DNA of 64,000 nucleotides from Caldilineaceae bacterium (GTDB lineage: Bacteria; Chloroflexota; Anaerolineae; Caldilineales; Caldilineaceae). The translations under genes were made by a program, and so were the position numbers. This document shows positions 40,171-51,381 of this stretch, piece after piece. A model generated the notes under the pieces. It was given only the letters and a program-made list of their open reading frames with translations. It was not told where the DNA came from and searched no databases. Within the stretch, counting starts at the first letter, position 1. The number at the start of each line of letters is the position of its first letter. The DNA is taken from contig OZ244877.1 of the NCBI GenBank assembly GCA_965221145.1, positions 2,002,743-2,066,742 of the forward strand, read 5' to 3'.

Positions 40171-40252
40171 CTTTCCTGACCCCGTACAATCATAGTCGAT
40201 TTAGAAGGCCCTGTGGCTGCCGCCGTCAAGACCTGAACCATGCTGACGCTCG

Positions 40253-43156
40253 TCAGCCCGTCGCCTGCAAAGCGGCGGCGATTCCGTTGATGGACAGCAG
40301 TATCGCCTGGCGCAATCGCGGGTCTTCCTCGGCAGGCATATCGCCGCCCGAAGAGTCCTCCGCCGTTTGTTCGCTGGCGGTGCGCTGCCTGTGGAGCAAC
40401 GCGACTTGAATATAATTGAGCGGATCGACATACGGGTTGCGCAGGTTAATGCTGCGCTGAAGCCAAGGCTCATTGTCCAGCAGAGCATCTTGCCCGGTAA
40501 TCCCCAATATGATCCGCTCGGTGAGCCGAAACTCCTCCATGATCTTGCCAAAGACCGCACGGCGCGTGTCGGCGTCGGCCAGGGATGCGTACAGCGTTGC
40601 GATCGTCATGTCCGCCCGGCGCATCGAAAGCTGCGCCCGATCGATAACCGTGCGGAAGAAAGGCCAGTCGCGATACATCCTCTGCAAGACCGCCATCCGC
40701 TGCGGCGATTCCGCGCGCAGACCCGTGCCCAAGCCATACCAGCCCGGTAGATTCACCCGACTCTGCGTCCAGGCGAACACCCAGGGAATGGCGCGCAGAT
40801 CGGAGATGTCCGTCGTCTCCCGGCGCTTGGCGGGCCGCGAGCCGATATTCATCTGTGCCAACTGTTCAATCGGCGTGGCCTCGTGAAAATAGCGCAAAAA
40901 GGCGGGATTCTCCACCAGCGTCCGATACTTGCGCTCGGAGCGTTCACTGGCTTCCTCCAGGATCTCCGCCCAATTCTCTTCTAAGGAGCGTGAGGAGTTT
41001 TCTCCCCTTTCTTCACCCTTCCCATTGCCCTCTTCGCCGACGTTCAGCGGTTGACTTTTCTCGCAGCTTGCCAGCAAAACCGCGTTGACCAACTGCTCCA
41101 GATGGCGCTGGGCGATTGCCCGGTTGCTGTAGCGGGCGCTGACTACCTCCCCTTGTTCGGTGATCTTGATTCGCCCCTGTACCGATCCCGGCGGCTGTGC
41201 CAGAATGGCCCGGTTGGCTGGGCCGCCGCCCCGACCGATCGAGCCGCCCCGCCCATGAAAGAGCGTCAACTTTACGCCGTGGTCGCTGCATGTTTCGGCC
41301 AATCGCTTCTGCGCCTGATACAGAGTCCACGTCGACCGCAGGTAGCCACCGTCCTTGTTGGAATCGCTGTACCCGATCATGATCTCCTGGCGATTGTCCC
41401 GTAGCGCCAGGTGTTGCCGGTAGATCTGCGATTCGAACAGCGTTCTCATCACATCGGGCGCGCTGTGCAGATCCTCGATCGTCTCGAACAGGGGCGCAAT
41501 GTCGATCTGCCCGAAAAGACCGGCGTCCTTCGCCAGCAGCAACACCTCCAACACATGGCTGACCGAGGTTGTCATGCTGATGATATAGGCGCCGATTGCC
41601 TCCGGCGCGATTCGCTCATGGGCTTGGCGGATGAGCCGGAAGAGGGCGACCGTCTCATTCGTCTCCTCGCTGTACTGCAAGCGCGCCGTCAGCGGACGCG
41701 GGCTTTCGTTCTCCTCGACCAGGAGTTGCGTCCGCTCCCTCTCCGGCAGCGTCATGTAATCGAAATAGCAATCGCGCGGCTGATTGTAGCGATTTAACAA
41801 CTCCGCCACTGCCTCTCGATGGCGGTCAGAGTGCTGTCGAATATCCATTGATGCCAGATGAAAGCCGAAGATGCGCGCCTGTTGCACGAGCCGGGCGAAC
41901 CGCCCTGACGCCAGTCGACTTCCCTTGTTCTGGCGCAGGCTCCGCTGAATCAGTTCCAGATCGTTTGTGAATTCGCTGGCATTGCGGTAGGCCCAGGGAT
42001 CCGGCCGCTGCGTCTCCCATCTCTCCCTGTTCTGCGCCATGGACGCGCCCAGCCGCCGGTATATCAGGATCATCTTCTGGCGATACGGCTCAAGCGAAAA
42101 ACGCTCAAGCCGGGCTTTGTCGCTCTCGGGCGCCCGCTCCAGGTCCCGTGCCAGGCTGTCGAGAAACTCCTGCGAAAAGCCGCCGCGCGTATGGGCCACG
42201 CTCAGATGACCATACATGCCGACGACCGTGCGCCGGTACAGTTCCAGCGCCTGCTGCTTCTGCTGACGCAAGGCGCCCTCAGTCACATCCTGCGTGACAA
42301 ACGGGTTGCCGTCGCGGTCTCCCCCAATCCAGGAACCGTAACGCAAAAAGGTTGGTAGGTGGCCAGCAGATTCCTCTGCCGCGTCGCCAAAATCCTCGCC
42401 AGGATACACTCTCTCCAAAGACTGATTCAACTCACCGTAGATCTCCGGCAGCAGATCGAAAAGAGTCGTATCAAAATAATTCAGCCCCTCCCGCACCTCA
42501 TCCAACACATCCGGGCGTCGTTCTCGGTTCACGTCACTTTGCCACAACGAGACCACGATTTCCCGGATTTGCTCCCAGGTCGCTTCCTTCTCGCTGGACA
42601 GTAGGACGTTGGCATCCAGGTAACGCAGCATCTTCGCCAGATCAAGCAGTTTGAGCAGAATGGTCCGGCGCTTGGCCTCAGTCGGATGCGCTGTAAAGAC
42701 CGGCTTAATCAACAACTCTTGCAGCAGTTGGCGTAACTCTCTCGGCGGCGTCCCTCCTGCCCGCAGCCCTTCGACCGCCGCTGCGATCGTCTCAGGCATA
42801 GGGCGGCCTTCCTCCTCGGCCCGCGCTCTTCTCTGCCGCACCACCCGGACGCGCTGCTGCTCCTCGGCCAGGTTGACAAGCTGAAAGTAGGTAGTGAATG
42901 CCTTGAGTACGCCCAGCGTCCCTTCCAAGTCATCCACAAGGCGGCTTGTTCGCTGCTCGATGCGTGCGCCCGCGCTCGGATCCCCTTGGCGTTGGCCGCG
43001 GGTCAGGGAGCGCAACTCCTCCACCAATTCGAAGATCGCTTGCCCCTCCTGCTCGACAATCGTTTCGCCCAACAGGTTGCCAAGCTGGCGAACTGTCCAG
43101 CGCAGTCTGGTGTCGGTGTCGGCAGGGGCTGCTATGCTCTCCTGTGGAGTTGCCAC
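40253..43156 (-). CDS. ppc: Phosphoenolpyruvate carboxylase
   Basis: 967 aa, GTG start with a GAGGTGG RBS. VFTAHPTE, MIGYSDSNKDGG, FHGRGGSIGRGGGP, and C-terminal NGIAAALQATG. Confidence 0.93.
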   Translation of the reverse strand: MATPQESIAAPADTDTRLRWTVRQLGNLLGETIVEQEGQAIFELVEELRSLTRGQRQGDPSAGARIEQRTSRLVDDLEGTLGVLKAFTTYFQLVNLAEEQQRVRVVRQRRARAEEEGRPMPETIAAAVEGLRAGGTPPRELRQLLQELLIKPVFTAHPTEAKRRTILLKLLDLAKMLRYLDANVLLSSEKEATWEQIREIVVSLWQSDVNRERRPDVLDEVREGLNYFDTTLFDLLPEIYGELNQSLERVYPGEDFGDAAEESAGHLPTFLRYGSWIGGDRDGNPFVTQDVTEGALRQQKQQALELYRRTVVGMYGHLSVAHTRGGFSQEFLDSLARDLERAPESDKARLERFSLEPYRQKMILIYRRLGASMAQNRERWETQRPDPWAYRNASEFTNDLELIQRSLRQNKGSRLASGRFARLVQQARIFGFHLASMDIRQHSDRHREAVAELLNRYNQPRDCYFDYMTLPERERTQLLVEENESPRPLTARLQYSEETNETVALFRLIRQAHERIAPEAIGAYIISMTTSVSHVLEVLLLAKDAGLFGQIDIAPLFETIEDLHSAPDVMRTLFESQIYRQHLALRDNRQEIMIGYSDSNKDGGYLRSTWTLYQAQKRLAETCSDHGVKLTLFHGRGGSIGRGGGPANRAILAQPPGSVQGRIKITEQGEVVSARYSNRAIAQRHLEQLVNAVLLASCEKSQPLNVGEEGNGKGEERGENSSRSLEENWAEILEEASERSERKYRTLVENPAFLRYFHEATPIEQLAQMNIGSRPAKRRETTDISDLRAIPWVFAWTQSRVNLPGWYGLGTGLRAESPQRMAVLQRMYRDWPFFRTVIDRAQLSMRRADMTIATLYASLADADTRRAVFGKIMEEFRLTERIILGITGQDALLDNEPWLQRSINLRNPYVDPLNYIQVALLHRQRTASEQTAEDSSGGDMPAEEDPRLRQAILLSINGIAAALQATG

Positions 43157-43295
43157 GTCTCAACCACCTCACTCAGATCTTCAGCAAGAGTGCCACTGGC
43201 TATGCCCCAATGCCATTGCCCCTCAAGTAACTTTGCCTCTTCCGTCATACGCAATACGCAAAAAACGAAATTCGCGCCCCCAATGCGATCCCGAT

Positions 43296-44384
43296 CTAGG
43301 ATTCTCGCAACGCCTGCGTAACCAAATCGCCCATCACCTGCGTGCCAGTCGTCTCCGTTCCCTGTTGGGCAATGTCCGGCGTGCGCACACCTTCCGCCAG
43401 GACAGAATCGACAGCTGACTCGACGGCGACCGCCTCATCTTCCAGCCCCAGGCTATGGCGCAGGAGCATGGCGCTGCTCAGAATTGCAGCCAGTGGATTG
43501 GCGATCCCTTGCCCGGCAATATCCGGCGCGCTGCCATGAATCGGCTCGTAGAGGCCCAGGGGTAGGTCGTGCCGATTGCTGATATCGCCCAGGCTGGCCG
43601 AGGGCAGCATGCCCATCGAACCGGCCAGCATCGACGCTTCGTCCGTGAGTATATCGCCGAACAGATTGCCCGCAACGATCACGTCGAAATCGGCCGGTCG
43701 GCGGATCAAGTGCATGGCCATCGCGTCGACAAGAATATGCTCGACCTCCAGTTCGGGATAGTCGGACAACACCTCAGTCGCTACGCTGCGCCACAGGCGG
43801 GAGGAGGCGAGCACGTTGGCCTTGTCCACGCTGGCCAGCCGCTGCCTGCGCTCCATGGCCGAATCCGCGGCAAGCCGCACGACGCGGTCGATCTCCGGCC
43901 TCGTATAGACCATCGTGTCGTAGGCCTCGAAATTGTCGTCAGCTTCTTGGCGCGGGCCGAAATAGATGCCGCCCGTCAACTCGCGCACGACCAGCAGATC
44001 AACGCCCTCCAGCGCCTCTTCCTTGATCGTGCTTGCTGACAAAAGCTGCGGCTGGAGCTTTACTGGGCGCAGATTGGCAAAAAGATCAAGACTCTTGCGC
44101 AGCGCCAGCACGCCTCGCTCCGGCCTGTCGGGCATGCTCGGATCGTCCCATTTCGGCCCCCCGACCGCGCCCAGCAGCATCGCTTCGGCCGCGGCAGCCG
44201 CCTCCACCGTCTCGTCCGGCAGGCTCGTGCCAAACTGATCGATGGAACGTCCGCCAATCATCTGATGATCAAACTCAAGATTGTGGCCGAACCGTTCGGC
44301 TATTGCCGTTAAGATCTTTTTGGCTTCTGTTGTTACTTCCGGGCCGATCCCGTCACCGTCCAAAATGACAATCGTTGCGTCCAT
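43296..44384 (-). CDS. leuB: 3-isopropylmalate dehydrogenase
   Basis: 362 aa. [50 protein letters not shown]. Confidence 0.93.
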   Translation of the reverse strand: MDATIVILDGDGIGPEVTTEAKKILTAIAERFGHNLEFDHQMIGGRSIDQFGTSLPDETVEAAAAAEAMLLGAVGGPKWDDPSMPDRPERGVLALRKSLDLFANLRPVKLQPQLLSASTIKEEALEGVDLLVVRELTGGIYFGPRQEADDNFEAYDTMVYTRPEIDRVVRLAADSAMERRQRLASVDKANVLASSRLWRSVATEVLSDYPELEVEHILVDAMAMHLIRRPADFDVIVAGNLFGDILTDEASMLAGSMGMLPSASLGDISNRHDLPLGLYEPIHGSAPDIAGQGIANPLAAILSSAMLLRHSLGLEDEAVAVESAVDSVLAEGVRTPDIAQQGTETTGTQVMGDLVTQALRES

Positions 44385-44497
44385 TCGTGCATTTTCCTTG
44401 TGAAGAGTTGAATCACCATGTACAGCCAGTGTGAAGCTCTATCCCGCCCATCGTGACTCTTACAATGTTTCAGTGTCTCTGGAATGTTCAGCCTGCA

Positions 44498-45352
44498 TCA
44501 AAATTCCCCTGTGAAATCGGACGCTCTTGAGAATTCAGCGACTTCCCCGTCTATCGAAACACTGAACAAATTGCTGCTCATTTTGAAGGTGATTTCTGGT
44601 AACCCCACGGGGGAAGATTCCAGAAGTCGCTGAATTGGAAATTTCACATATTTTTCCAGAAACAAGCTCATAATTCGTCCCGCAGCATCTTCAAGGTGTT
44701 CCCAAGCGGCATCGCCAATATACGCTTCGCCTCCCACGCTCCGAAAACCATCGGCCAGTTCTTCGAGTTTCGGGTTAGGTGTTGGGTCAAACACGATAAG
44801 CACAGGCGTATAATTACTGGCCATACAATCTTTTGGGAAGTCCAATTCCTCCCGCCATCGTCCCTGGCCGGATGAGGCAATCGTGACCCTCATTTTTATT
44901 TCATACGCTAATTTGCTTCTAATGCAATCTACTTGGCGTCCTTTAGATTTGTCATTGTGTCTCCTGACGGGGCTTCTTGCGGCACTGAAAGACACTCCAC
45001 CAATCGCATGAGCGATAATCGGTTCAAACAGATAACCAGTTTCCTGCCCGGATCGATTGTCAATATCGTAAATCCATTTTCTCCATAAGATAAACCCTGC
45101 CAAGGCTCTTGGACTCATCTGTCCAAACTGCAAGAGCGATCTTGGCCCAACCTGGTCCATTGTCGGAATCTGCTGGCATTCAAGAATCCGGACATATTTC
45201 AATCGACTCTTTTGGAGCGTAGCCAAACAAGAAAAAAATGTATCTGCGTCAGGAACGAAAGTGACTAAACGCTCGATTAAGCTCAGAAAGTCAAGATTCT
45301 GTAGCTTGAGTTTCCCCAAAATCGCTCTCTTCGAAAAAATCTGGCAGTTCAA
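44498..45352 (-). CDS. Putative type II restriction endonuclease (PD-(D/E)XK candidate), start uncertain
   Basis: Sits downstream of a C5-MTase. Candidate catalytic VDC...AYEIKMR. The listed start is a TTG right after an in-frame TAG, and the first ATG is at residue ~64. AT-richer than the flanks by eye. Confidence 0.5.
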   Translation of the reverse strand: MNCQIFSKRAILGKLKLQNLDFLSLIERLVTFVPDADTFFSCLATLQKSRLKYVRILECQQIPTMDQVGPRSLLQFGQMSPRALAGFILWRKWIYDIDNRSGQETGYLFEPIIAHAIGGVSFSAARSPVRRHNDKSKGRQVDCIRSKLAYEIKMRVTIASSGQGRWREELDFPKDCMASNYTPVLIVFDPTPNPKLEELADGFRSVGGEAYIGDAAWEHLEDAAGRIMSLFLEKYVKFPIQRLLESSPVGLPEITFKMSSNLFSVSIDGEVAEFSRASDFTGEF

Positions 45353-45512
45353 GATTGCTGACTTCTGGAAACTGGCCCATGAGCCCTAGGTCCCGAACGA
45401 TTGTCGCCACAAGGAAACTGCAAGCCCCATCGCTCAGGCCAACTCCCAACTCCCCGCCCCTAGGTGCTTGCGCCCGTTCGATTAGCGACTTCTGGGACTG
45501 TGTTAAGCCCAT
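45291..45512 (-). CDS. Small ORF translationally coupled to the MTase stop; possibly the detached N-terminus of the endonuclease
   Basis: The ATG at 45512 overlaps the MTase stop (CTATGGGCTTAA). 73 aa, and runs 62 nt into the REase ORF in a frame offset by one. Confidence 0.3.
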   Translation of the reverse strand: MGLTQSQKSLIERAQAPRGGELGVGLSDGACSFLVATIVRDLGLMGQFPEVSNLELPDFFEESDFGETQATES

Positions 45513-46732
45513 AGCTGTAACTGTTCCATTTTTGCAGTCCTGTGCATTCGAAACTTCTCATTGACCGCGGCATATACGTCTTGCAGTGCAGGACTCATTC
45601 CAGAAGATGTAGTGGGGACGAAAGACAGTAGAGCCCCCTCTTGTGTCTTAGAAACACTTTCGTTGACTTCAAGATCATTGCTTAGAGTTTGCGCGACCGC
45701 CTGTGCAAGGGTGGGAGGCACAGCATTTCCAATTTGAAGAATGATTTGCGAAATCGTTCCAGCAAAGAGGTAGTCATCTGGAAAGGTCTGAATTCGGGCA
45801 CATTCTCTCAGCGTCAAGAATCGATTCTCAGAAGGATGTACGAATTCTGAGATTGCGCCGCTGGTAATCGCTTTTGAAGGTTGAACAGCGTTCAATCTTC
45901 TTAGTCCGAATGGCGGCCCGCCCCGACGTTCTGTGGGTGTCCCGTCCTTAACGCGCCTGTACGCGCGACGCTGGTAACTGTCATGCCACAATTCCGAGGG
46001 CAAGTGTTTCATCGACTGCCCAGGCTTCAATAGGGAAAATCTTTTCCTATCTATTTCAGAAATCTCACGAGTGTAGTGCCCCTGGGGGATCCCAGGAGGA
46101 CTCTTCATTGGTGATGGAAACTCCGCTAACACGTCTCCCAAAACCGGGCAGGGAGGAAGACTTCTAAACTCTCTTGATGACCCAGGTGCGCCGAATGCCC
46201 TATGGGTCGGTTCTGGAAACATTGGATCCCATCCAAAACCACCAATTGCTATGACACGTTTGCGATGCTGAGGGACGCCATAGTTGGCTGCATTGATCTT
46301 TCGCAAATGTATGCGGTAGCCGGCCTGAATCAGCGGATTTAGCAGGTCAAATACCCTCTCTCCGCTGCCCGCTGTCAGAAAACCTTCCACATTCTCAAAC
46401 ACAAAGGCTTTGGGCTTGTGCCGCGCAACGAGTTCGGAAAATACTCGAACAAGACTGTTACGCACATCCTCAGCCTGCCGCATTCCCGCCGACGAGAACC
46501 CCTGACAAGGCGGGCCGCCAATGATTACGTCTGTGGGTGTCAATTCGGTTTCCTCGGTAATCTCGTTCCTCAAGACCTGATTCTGTAAGTTGAGTTGGCA
46601 GGTTCTTACTGCTGTTTCATCACTATCAATTGCGCTGACACATCTGAACCCGGACTGTTGAAACCCAAGCGATGTCCCTCCCGCTCCACAGAACAGATCA
46701 ACAAACGTGAACTCAGTTGAAGTCTTCATCAT
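45503..46732 (-). CDS. dcm: DNA (cytosine-5)-methyltransferase
   Basis: 409 aa. Motif I FVDLFCGAGGTSLGF, IV GGPPCQGFS, VI FVFENVEGF, VIII QHRKRVIAIG, X GNAVPPTLA. Confidence 0.9.
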   Translation of the reverse strand: MMKTSTEFTFVDLFCGAGGTSLGFQQSGFRCVSAIDSDETAVRTCQLNLQNQVLRNEITEETELTPTDVIIGGPPCQGFSSAGMRQAEDVRNSLVRVFSELVARHKPKAFVFENVEGFLTAGSGERVFDLLNPLIQAGYRIHLRKINAANYGVPQHRKRVIAIGGFGWDPMFPEPTHRAFGAPGSSREFRSLPPCPVLGDVLAEFPSPMKSPPGIPQGHYTREISEIDRKRFSLLKPGQSMKHLPSELWHDSYQRRAYRRVKDGTPTERRGGPPFGLRRLNAVQPSKAITSGAISEFVHPSENRFLTLRECARIQTFPDDYLFAGTISQIILQIGNAVPPTLAQAVAQTLSNDLEVNESVSKTQEGALLSFVPTTSSGMSPALQDVYAAVNEKFRMHRTAKMEQLQLWA

Positions 46733-46773
46733 ATGTCGCCTTCAATTGCCCCGCCTTGCCAATGAATGCCCTT

Positions 46774-46863
46774 AGTAACTGTCCGCAAACAACGTAGCGA
46801 TTTCAATCAAGCTTGGACTGGTCTGTCGAACGAAACCGTTAAGTTAAAAACGGACAGTTACTT
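46774..46863. repeat. 90-nt element with terminal inverted repeats (copy E2)
   Basis: AGTAACTGTCCG...CGGACAGTTACT ends (12 bp perfect). Interior homologous to 26038-26128. Ends 41 nt upstream of the MTase ATG. Confidence 0.7.
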
Positions 46864-46940
46864 AATGCAATAGAAAATGAGCACAAACCGCCCTTCCCGA
46901 CACGTCCACCGCATCGAAGTCGGGCGCATGAATTGATTGA

Positions 46941-47747
46941 TCAGTCTGCTCTGGCGTCGCTCTTCTGCGGGCGCCTCCCGCCAAAAACGGCCAATTCAAA
47001 TATCTTGAAGAAGCAGTCTACATCCTCATAGCCAGTGTCCCGCAACCAGCTGCACTGCGTCTCCACCGACGCCAGGATGTTTGCCTGTCTGTCCTCACGC
47101 TTGAGATAGGCCAACGCGACCTGGTCACGAGTCTGGGCGTCGCTATCGGTCAGTTGACTTGCCCACAGGCTGTCGATGAAATAGTCGTCATAGAGCGCCT
47201 CGATGCGCGGCGTCGCCGAGGAGACGTGCTCGATGTTGACGAATATGCCGCCCGGCTCCAGCAGATCGAAGATGTCCACGTAGACTTGCCGTTTGACCGA
47301 ATCGGGTTGATGGTGAATCGAAAATCCGGAGACAACCGCGTCGAACGGCGCGTGGGAGGAGATGATGTCGAACCAGGAGGGGTCGGAGTAGTCGACCGAC
47401 GAAACGTGTAGGGACTTACTGTATGCCTGCAAATTGCGAACCGCGGCCTGAATCATCGGCATCGAAAAGTCGACCAGCGTCCCTTTGGCGAGAGGATACT
47501 TTTCCAGAATCATCGCCGCCAGGATGCCGTCGCCGCAGCCCAGATCCAGGAAATTGCGCACCGGTTGCGCGGCCTGCGCGGGCGAGTCCTTTGCTCCGGC
47601 AATCACCCGCATCATCACATCCAACTGAATCTGTGCAAGCGGAACGCCCTTGCGCGCTTGACGCAGATAATTATCGACCAGGCCGGGGTCTTTCCACACC
47701 GCACTTTTGCTATCTGCCGCAGCCGCGTCCGCGGTCATTTGACTCAT
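46941..47747 (-). CDS. Class I SAM-dependent methyltransferase (substrate unknown)
   Basis: 268 aa. SAM motif FLDLGCGDGILAAMI and post-I/II motifs DAVVSGFSIHH, LEPGGIFV. Confidence 0.75.
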   Translation of the reverse strand: MSQMTADAAAADSKSAVWKDPGLVDNYLRQARKGVPLAQIQLDVMMRVIAGAKDSPAQAAQPVRNFLDLGCGDGILAAMILEKYPLAKGTLVDFSMPMIQAAVRNLQAYSKSLHVSSVDYSDPSWFDIISSHAPFDAVVSGFSIHHQPDSVKRQVYVDIFDLLEPGGIFVNIEHVSSATPRIEALYDDYFIDSLWASQLTDSDAQTRDQVALAYLKREDRQANILASVETQCSWLRDTGYEDVDCFFKIFELAVFGGRRPQKSDARAD

Positions 47748-47827
47748 CTCCTTTTGAGTTCTCAGTTCCTAGTTCATCATGACGGGCAACTGATCCGTCG
47801 CAACGCAGCACTAAGAACCAAAACCTG

Positions 47828-48430
47828 TCAAATTGATGCCGCGGCCTCGAAGGCGCTGATCTGCTCCTCCTTATCCAGTAGATAACCCAGATCATCCAGA
47901 CCGCGCAGCAGGCACTGCTTGCGGAACGGGTCAATTTCGAACGACCAAGAGTTTTCAACGTTGCGAATGTCGGGCAGCGTGACGGTCTGGCTTGCCAGAT
48001 CGATGCTGATCGTCGTATGGGGAATCTCCTCGATAAGATCAAGTATCCGGCTAACGGTCTCTTCCGGCAACCAGATAGGAAGCAGGCCGTTTTTTAAGCT
48101 ATTGTTGTAGAAAATGTCAGCAAATGCAGATGAGATCACCGCACGGAAACCGTACTGCGTCAGCGCCCACACCGCATGTTCACGACTTGAACCGATGCCA
48201 AAATTTCGGCCGGCCACCAGCACCTCCGCGCCCTTGAATTGCGCCTGGTTGAGAACAAAATCGGGATTGGGGCTGCCATCGCGATTGTAGCGCCACCATG
48301 AGAACAGCCCATCGCCCATGCCCGCCTGCGTGACCGCCGTCAGGTAGCGCGCCGGGATGATCTGGTCGGTATCAACATTCTCTGTTCGCAAGGGCATCGC
48401 AGTTGACTTCAGCTTGGTGAAGGGTTGCAT
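47828..48430 (-). CDS. leuD: 3-isopropylmalate dehydratase small subunit
   Basis: 200 aa. NVDTDQIIPARYL, NFGIGSSREHAVWAL. 1-nt overlap with leuC. Confidence 0.92.
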   Translation of the reverse strand: MQPFTKLKSTAMPLRTENVDTDQIIPARYLTAVTQAGMGDGLFSWWRYNRDGSPNPDFVLNQAQFKGAEVLVAGRNFGIGSSREHAVWALTQYGFRAVISSAFADIFYNNSLKNGLLPIWLPEETVSRILDLIEEIPHTTISIDLASQTVTLPDIRNVENSWSFEIDPFRKQCLLRGLDDLGYLLDKEEQISAFEAAASI

Positions 48431-49833
48431 TACAGTATCTCCCTCACGTCGATTACGCGCCCATTGATCGCGGCCGCCGCCGCCATGATGGGACTCATCA
48501 GGAGCGAACGGCTGCCCGGCCCCTGCCTTCCCATGAAGTTCCGATTGCTGGTGCTGGCGACGTATTTTCCTTCCCCCGCCTTGTCATCGTTCATCGCCAA
48601 ACACATGCTGCACCCTGCCCCGCGCCATTCAAAGCCGGCCTCGCTGAAGATACGGTCCAGCCCCTCCGCCTCGGCCTGCGCCTTGACCGCTTTCGACCCA
48701 GGCACCACCAGCGCCTCAACGTGATCCGACACGCGTTGTCCCTTAGCGATGGCCGCGGCCGCGCGCAGGTCTTCGATGCGGCTGTTGGTGCAAGAGCCGA
48801 TGAAAACGATATCCACATGCTGGCCCTCGATCGGCTGTCCTTCGGTCAGACCCATGTAGTCCAGCGCGCTCCGTAGACTGCGCTGGTCTGCCGGGTCATC
48901 CAGATCATCCGCTCTGGGCACGCGCTCGGTTACGGCTATGCCCTGGCCGGGGTTGGTGCCATACGTCACCATCGGCGCCAGTGCCGACGCGTCCAGCGTC
49001 AACTCGCGGTCGAACGTGGCATCCTCATCCGTTCGCAACGTCCGCCAGTAGGCGACTGCTCGCTCCCAGGCTTCGCCCTTGGGCGCGTATGTGCGTCCCT
49101 TGATATAGTCGAATGTCGTCTCGTCCGGCGCGATCAGACCGGCGCGCGCCCCGCCTTCGATGCTCATATTGCAGATGGTCATGCGGCTGGCCATATTCAG
49201 CGCCCGTATCGCCGCGCCCCGGTACTCAAAGACGTAGCCAACGCCGCCGCCCGCCCCGTTTTTGGCGATAATCGCCAGAATGATGTCTTTGGCAGTAACA
49301 CCCTTGCCTAGCTCGCCCTCGACGTTGATGGCATATGTTTTGGACTCCTTTTGCATCAGGCACTGGGTCGCCAGCACGTGACCTACTTCGCTTGTGCCAA
49401 TGCCGAACGCCAGCGCGCCGAATGCGCCGTGCGTGCTGGTGTGGCTGTCGCCGCAGACGATCGTCATGCCCGGCTGCGTGACGCCCAACTCCGGGCCGAT
49501 CACATGCACGATGCCCTGAATATCTCCCTCGATGTCGAACAACGGAACGCCAAACTCGGCGCAGTTCTCCCGCAATGTACGAACTTGCGTAGCCGCGTCG
49601 TCCGGCCAGTCGACCTCGACCGCCCCGATGCGCGTGGGAATGGCGTGGTCCATGGTGGCGAAAGTTTTGTCTGGGCAGCGCACGGGCAGCCCCCGCTCCC
49701 GCAGCGTGGCGAATGCCTGGGGGGAAGTCACTTCATGCACCAGATGGGCGTCAATATACAGTACTGCCGGCGCGCCCTCATCCTGCGCGATTACGTGAGC
49801 ATCCCAGATCTTCTCATACATCGTCTTTCCCAT
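48430..49833 (-). CDS. leuC: 3-isopropylmalate dehydratase large subunit
   Basis: 467 aa. [55 protein letters not shown]. Confidence 0.93.
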   Translation of the reverse strand: MGKTMYEKIWDAHVIAQDEGAPAVLYIDAHLVHEVTSPQAFATLRERGLPVRCPDKTFATMDHAIPTRIGAVEVDWPDDAATQVRTLRENCAEFGVPLFDIEGDIQGIVHVIGPELGVTQPGMTIVCGDSHTSTHGAFGALAFGIGTSEVGHVLATQCLMQKESKTYAINVEGELGKGVTAKDIILAIIAKNGAGGGVGYVFEYRGAAIRALNMASRMTICNMSIEGGARAGLIAPDETTFDYIKGRTYAPKGEAWERAVAYWRTLRTDEDATFDRELTLDASALAPMVTYGTNPGQGIAVTERVPRADDLDDPADQRSLRSALDYMGLTEGQPIEGQHVDIVFIGSCTNSRIEDLRAAAAIAKGQRVSDHVEALVVPGSKAVKAQAEAEGLDRIFSEAGFEWRGAGCSMCLAMNDDKAGEGKYVASTSNRNFMGRQGPGSRSLLMSPIMAAAAAINGRVIDVREIL

Positions 49834-49881
49834 ACTTTATGTCCTTGCGTCTTGCGTACTGGTTCCGGTTTCCGGGATGGA

Positions 49882-51381
49882 CTAAGGCAAACTCGTCTCC
49901 CCCATCAAATAGCGGTCACACTCCCGCGCCGCGCCGCGCCCCTCGTTGATCGCCCACACGACCAGGCTTTGCCCGCGCCGCATGTCGCCCGCCGCGAAGA
50001 CGCCGGGCACGTTGGTGGCGAACTTGCCGTACTCGGCTTGGGCATTGGAGCGGGCATCCCGTTCCACGCCCAACTGTTCCAATACCGGGTTCTCCGGCCC
50101 CCGGAAGCCCATCGCTAGAAAAACCAACTGGCAGGGCCACACCTTTTCGCTGCCCGGAACTTCCCGCAACTGCGGGCGGGCGCCGTTTTCGCTCGGCAGC
50201 CACTCAATCATGACCGTATGCAACTCCTCGAGCCGCCCGTGTCCATCGCCTACAAACCGCTTCGTGCTGACCAGGAAGGTGCGGGGATCCGCGCCGAAGC
50301 GCTCCGCAACCTCGGCATGGCCGTAGTCCACGCGGAAAATGCGCGGCCACTCCGGCCAGGGGTTGTCCGGCGCCCGCTCCGGCGGAGGCTTGGGCATAAT
50401 CTCGAACATATTGACGCTGTTGCAGCCGTGGCGCATCGACGTGCCCAGGCAGTCGTTGCCCGTATCGCCGCCGCCGATGACGATCACATCCTTGCCTTCC
50501 GCAGAGATGAACGGATAACTGAACGCGTCATCCGGCACGCGGCCATACTTGCCATCCAGGAGTTGCTTGGTATTGCCGTGCAAAAACTCCATCGCATAGT
50601 GGACGCCTTCCAGCTCCCGGCCTTCGATCGGCAGGTCGTGTGGATTGGTCGCGCCGCCGCACAGGACTACTGCGCTGTTCTCCTCCAACAGCTTGTCCGC
50701 CGGAATGTCCTTGCCCACCTCGCAGTTGGTGATAAACGTAACACCCTCGGCGCGCATCAGCTCGACCCGCCGCTCGACCCGCTCCTTTTCCAACTTCATG
50801 TTGGGAATGCCGTACATCAGCAGGCCGCCGATGCGGTCCGCCCGTTCATAGACAGTGACCGTGTGGCCGGCCGAGTTGAGTTGCGCGGCGCAGGCCAGCC
50901 CTGCCGGCCCCGAACCGACAACCGCTACTCGTTCCCCGGTGCGCACGGCGGGCGGCTGCGGCACAACCCAGCCCTCTTCAAAGCCGCGGTCGATGATCGC
51001 ACATTCGATGCTCTTGATCGTCACCGGCGGATCGATCAGGCCCAATGTGCAGGAGCCTTCACACGGGGCCGGGCAGACGCGCCCCGTAAATTCGGGAAAG
51101 TTGTTGGTCGCATGAAGACGCGCCAGCGCCTCCCGCCAGCGGCCCTGATATACCAGATCGTTCCACTCCGGGATTAAATTGTTGACCGGGCAGCCGCCCT
51201 CCGGCATCGTACCGGTATGGCAGAATGGGATGCCGCAATCCATGCAGCGAGCGCCCTGACGCTGCAAGTTGTCTATCGACAGATGCAGATGAAACTCATT
51301 CCAATCCTGAATTCGTTCAAGGGGCGGACGTTCCGGGAAGGACTGCCGCTCGAATTCAAGAAAGCCGGTTGGGTTACCCAT
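49882..51381 (-). CDS. gltD: Glutamate synthase (NADPH) small subunit
   Basis: Start at [10 protein letters not shown] (ATG 51381, AGGAG RBS). [42 protein letters not shown]. Confidence 0.9.
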   Translation of the reverse strand: MGNPTGFLEFERQSFPERPPLERIQDWNEFHLHLSIDNLQRQGARCMDCGIPFCHTGTMPEGGCPVNNLIPEWNDLVYQGRWREALARLHATNNFPEFTGRVCPAPCEGSCTLGLIDPPVTIKSIECAIIDRGFEEGWVVPQPPAVRTGERVAVVGSGPAGLACAAQLNSAGHTVTVYERADRIGGLLMYGIPNMKLEKERVERRVELMRAEGVTFITNCEVGKDIPADKLLEENSAVVLCGGATNPHDLPIEGRELEGVHYAMEFLHGNTKQLLDGKYGRVPDDAFSYPFISAEGKDVIVIGGGDTGNDCLGTSMRHGCNSVNMFEIMPKPPPERAPDNPWPEWPRIFRVDYGHAEVAERFGADPRTFLVSTKRFVGDGHGRLEELHTVMIEWLPSENGARPQLREVPGSEKVWPCQLVFLAMGFRGPENPVLEQLGVERDARSNAQAEYGKFATNVPGVFAAGDMRRGQSLVVWAINEGRGAARECDRYLMGETSLP

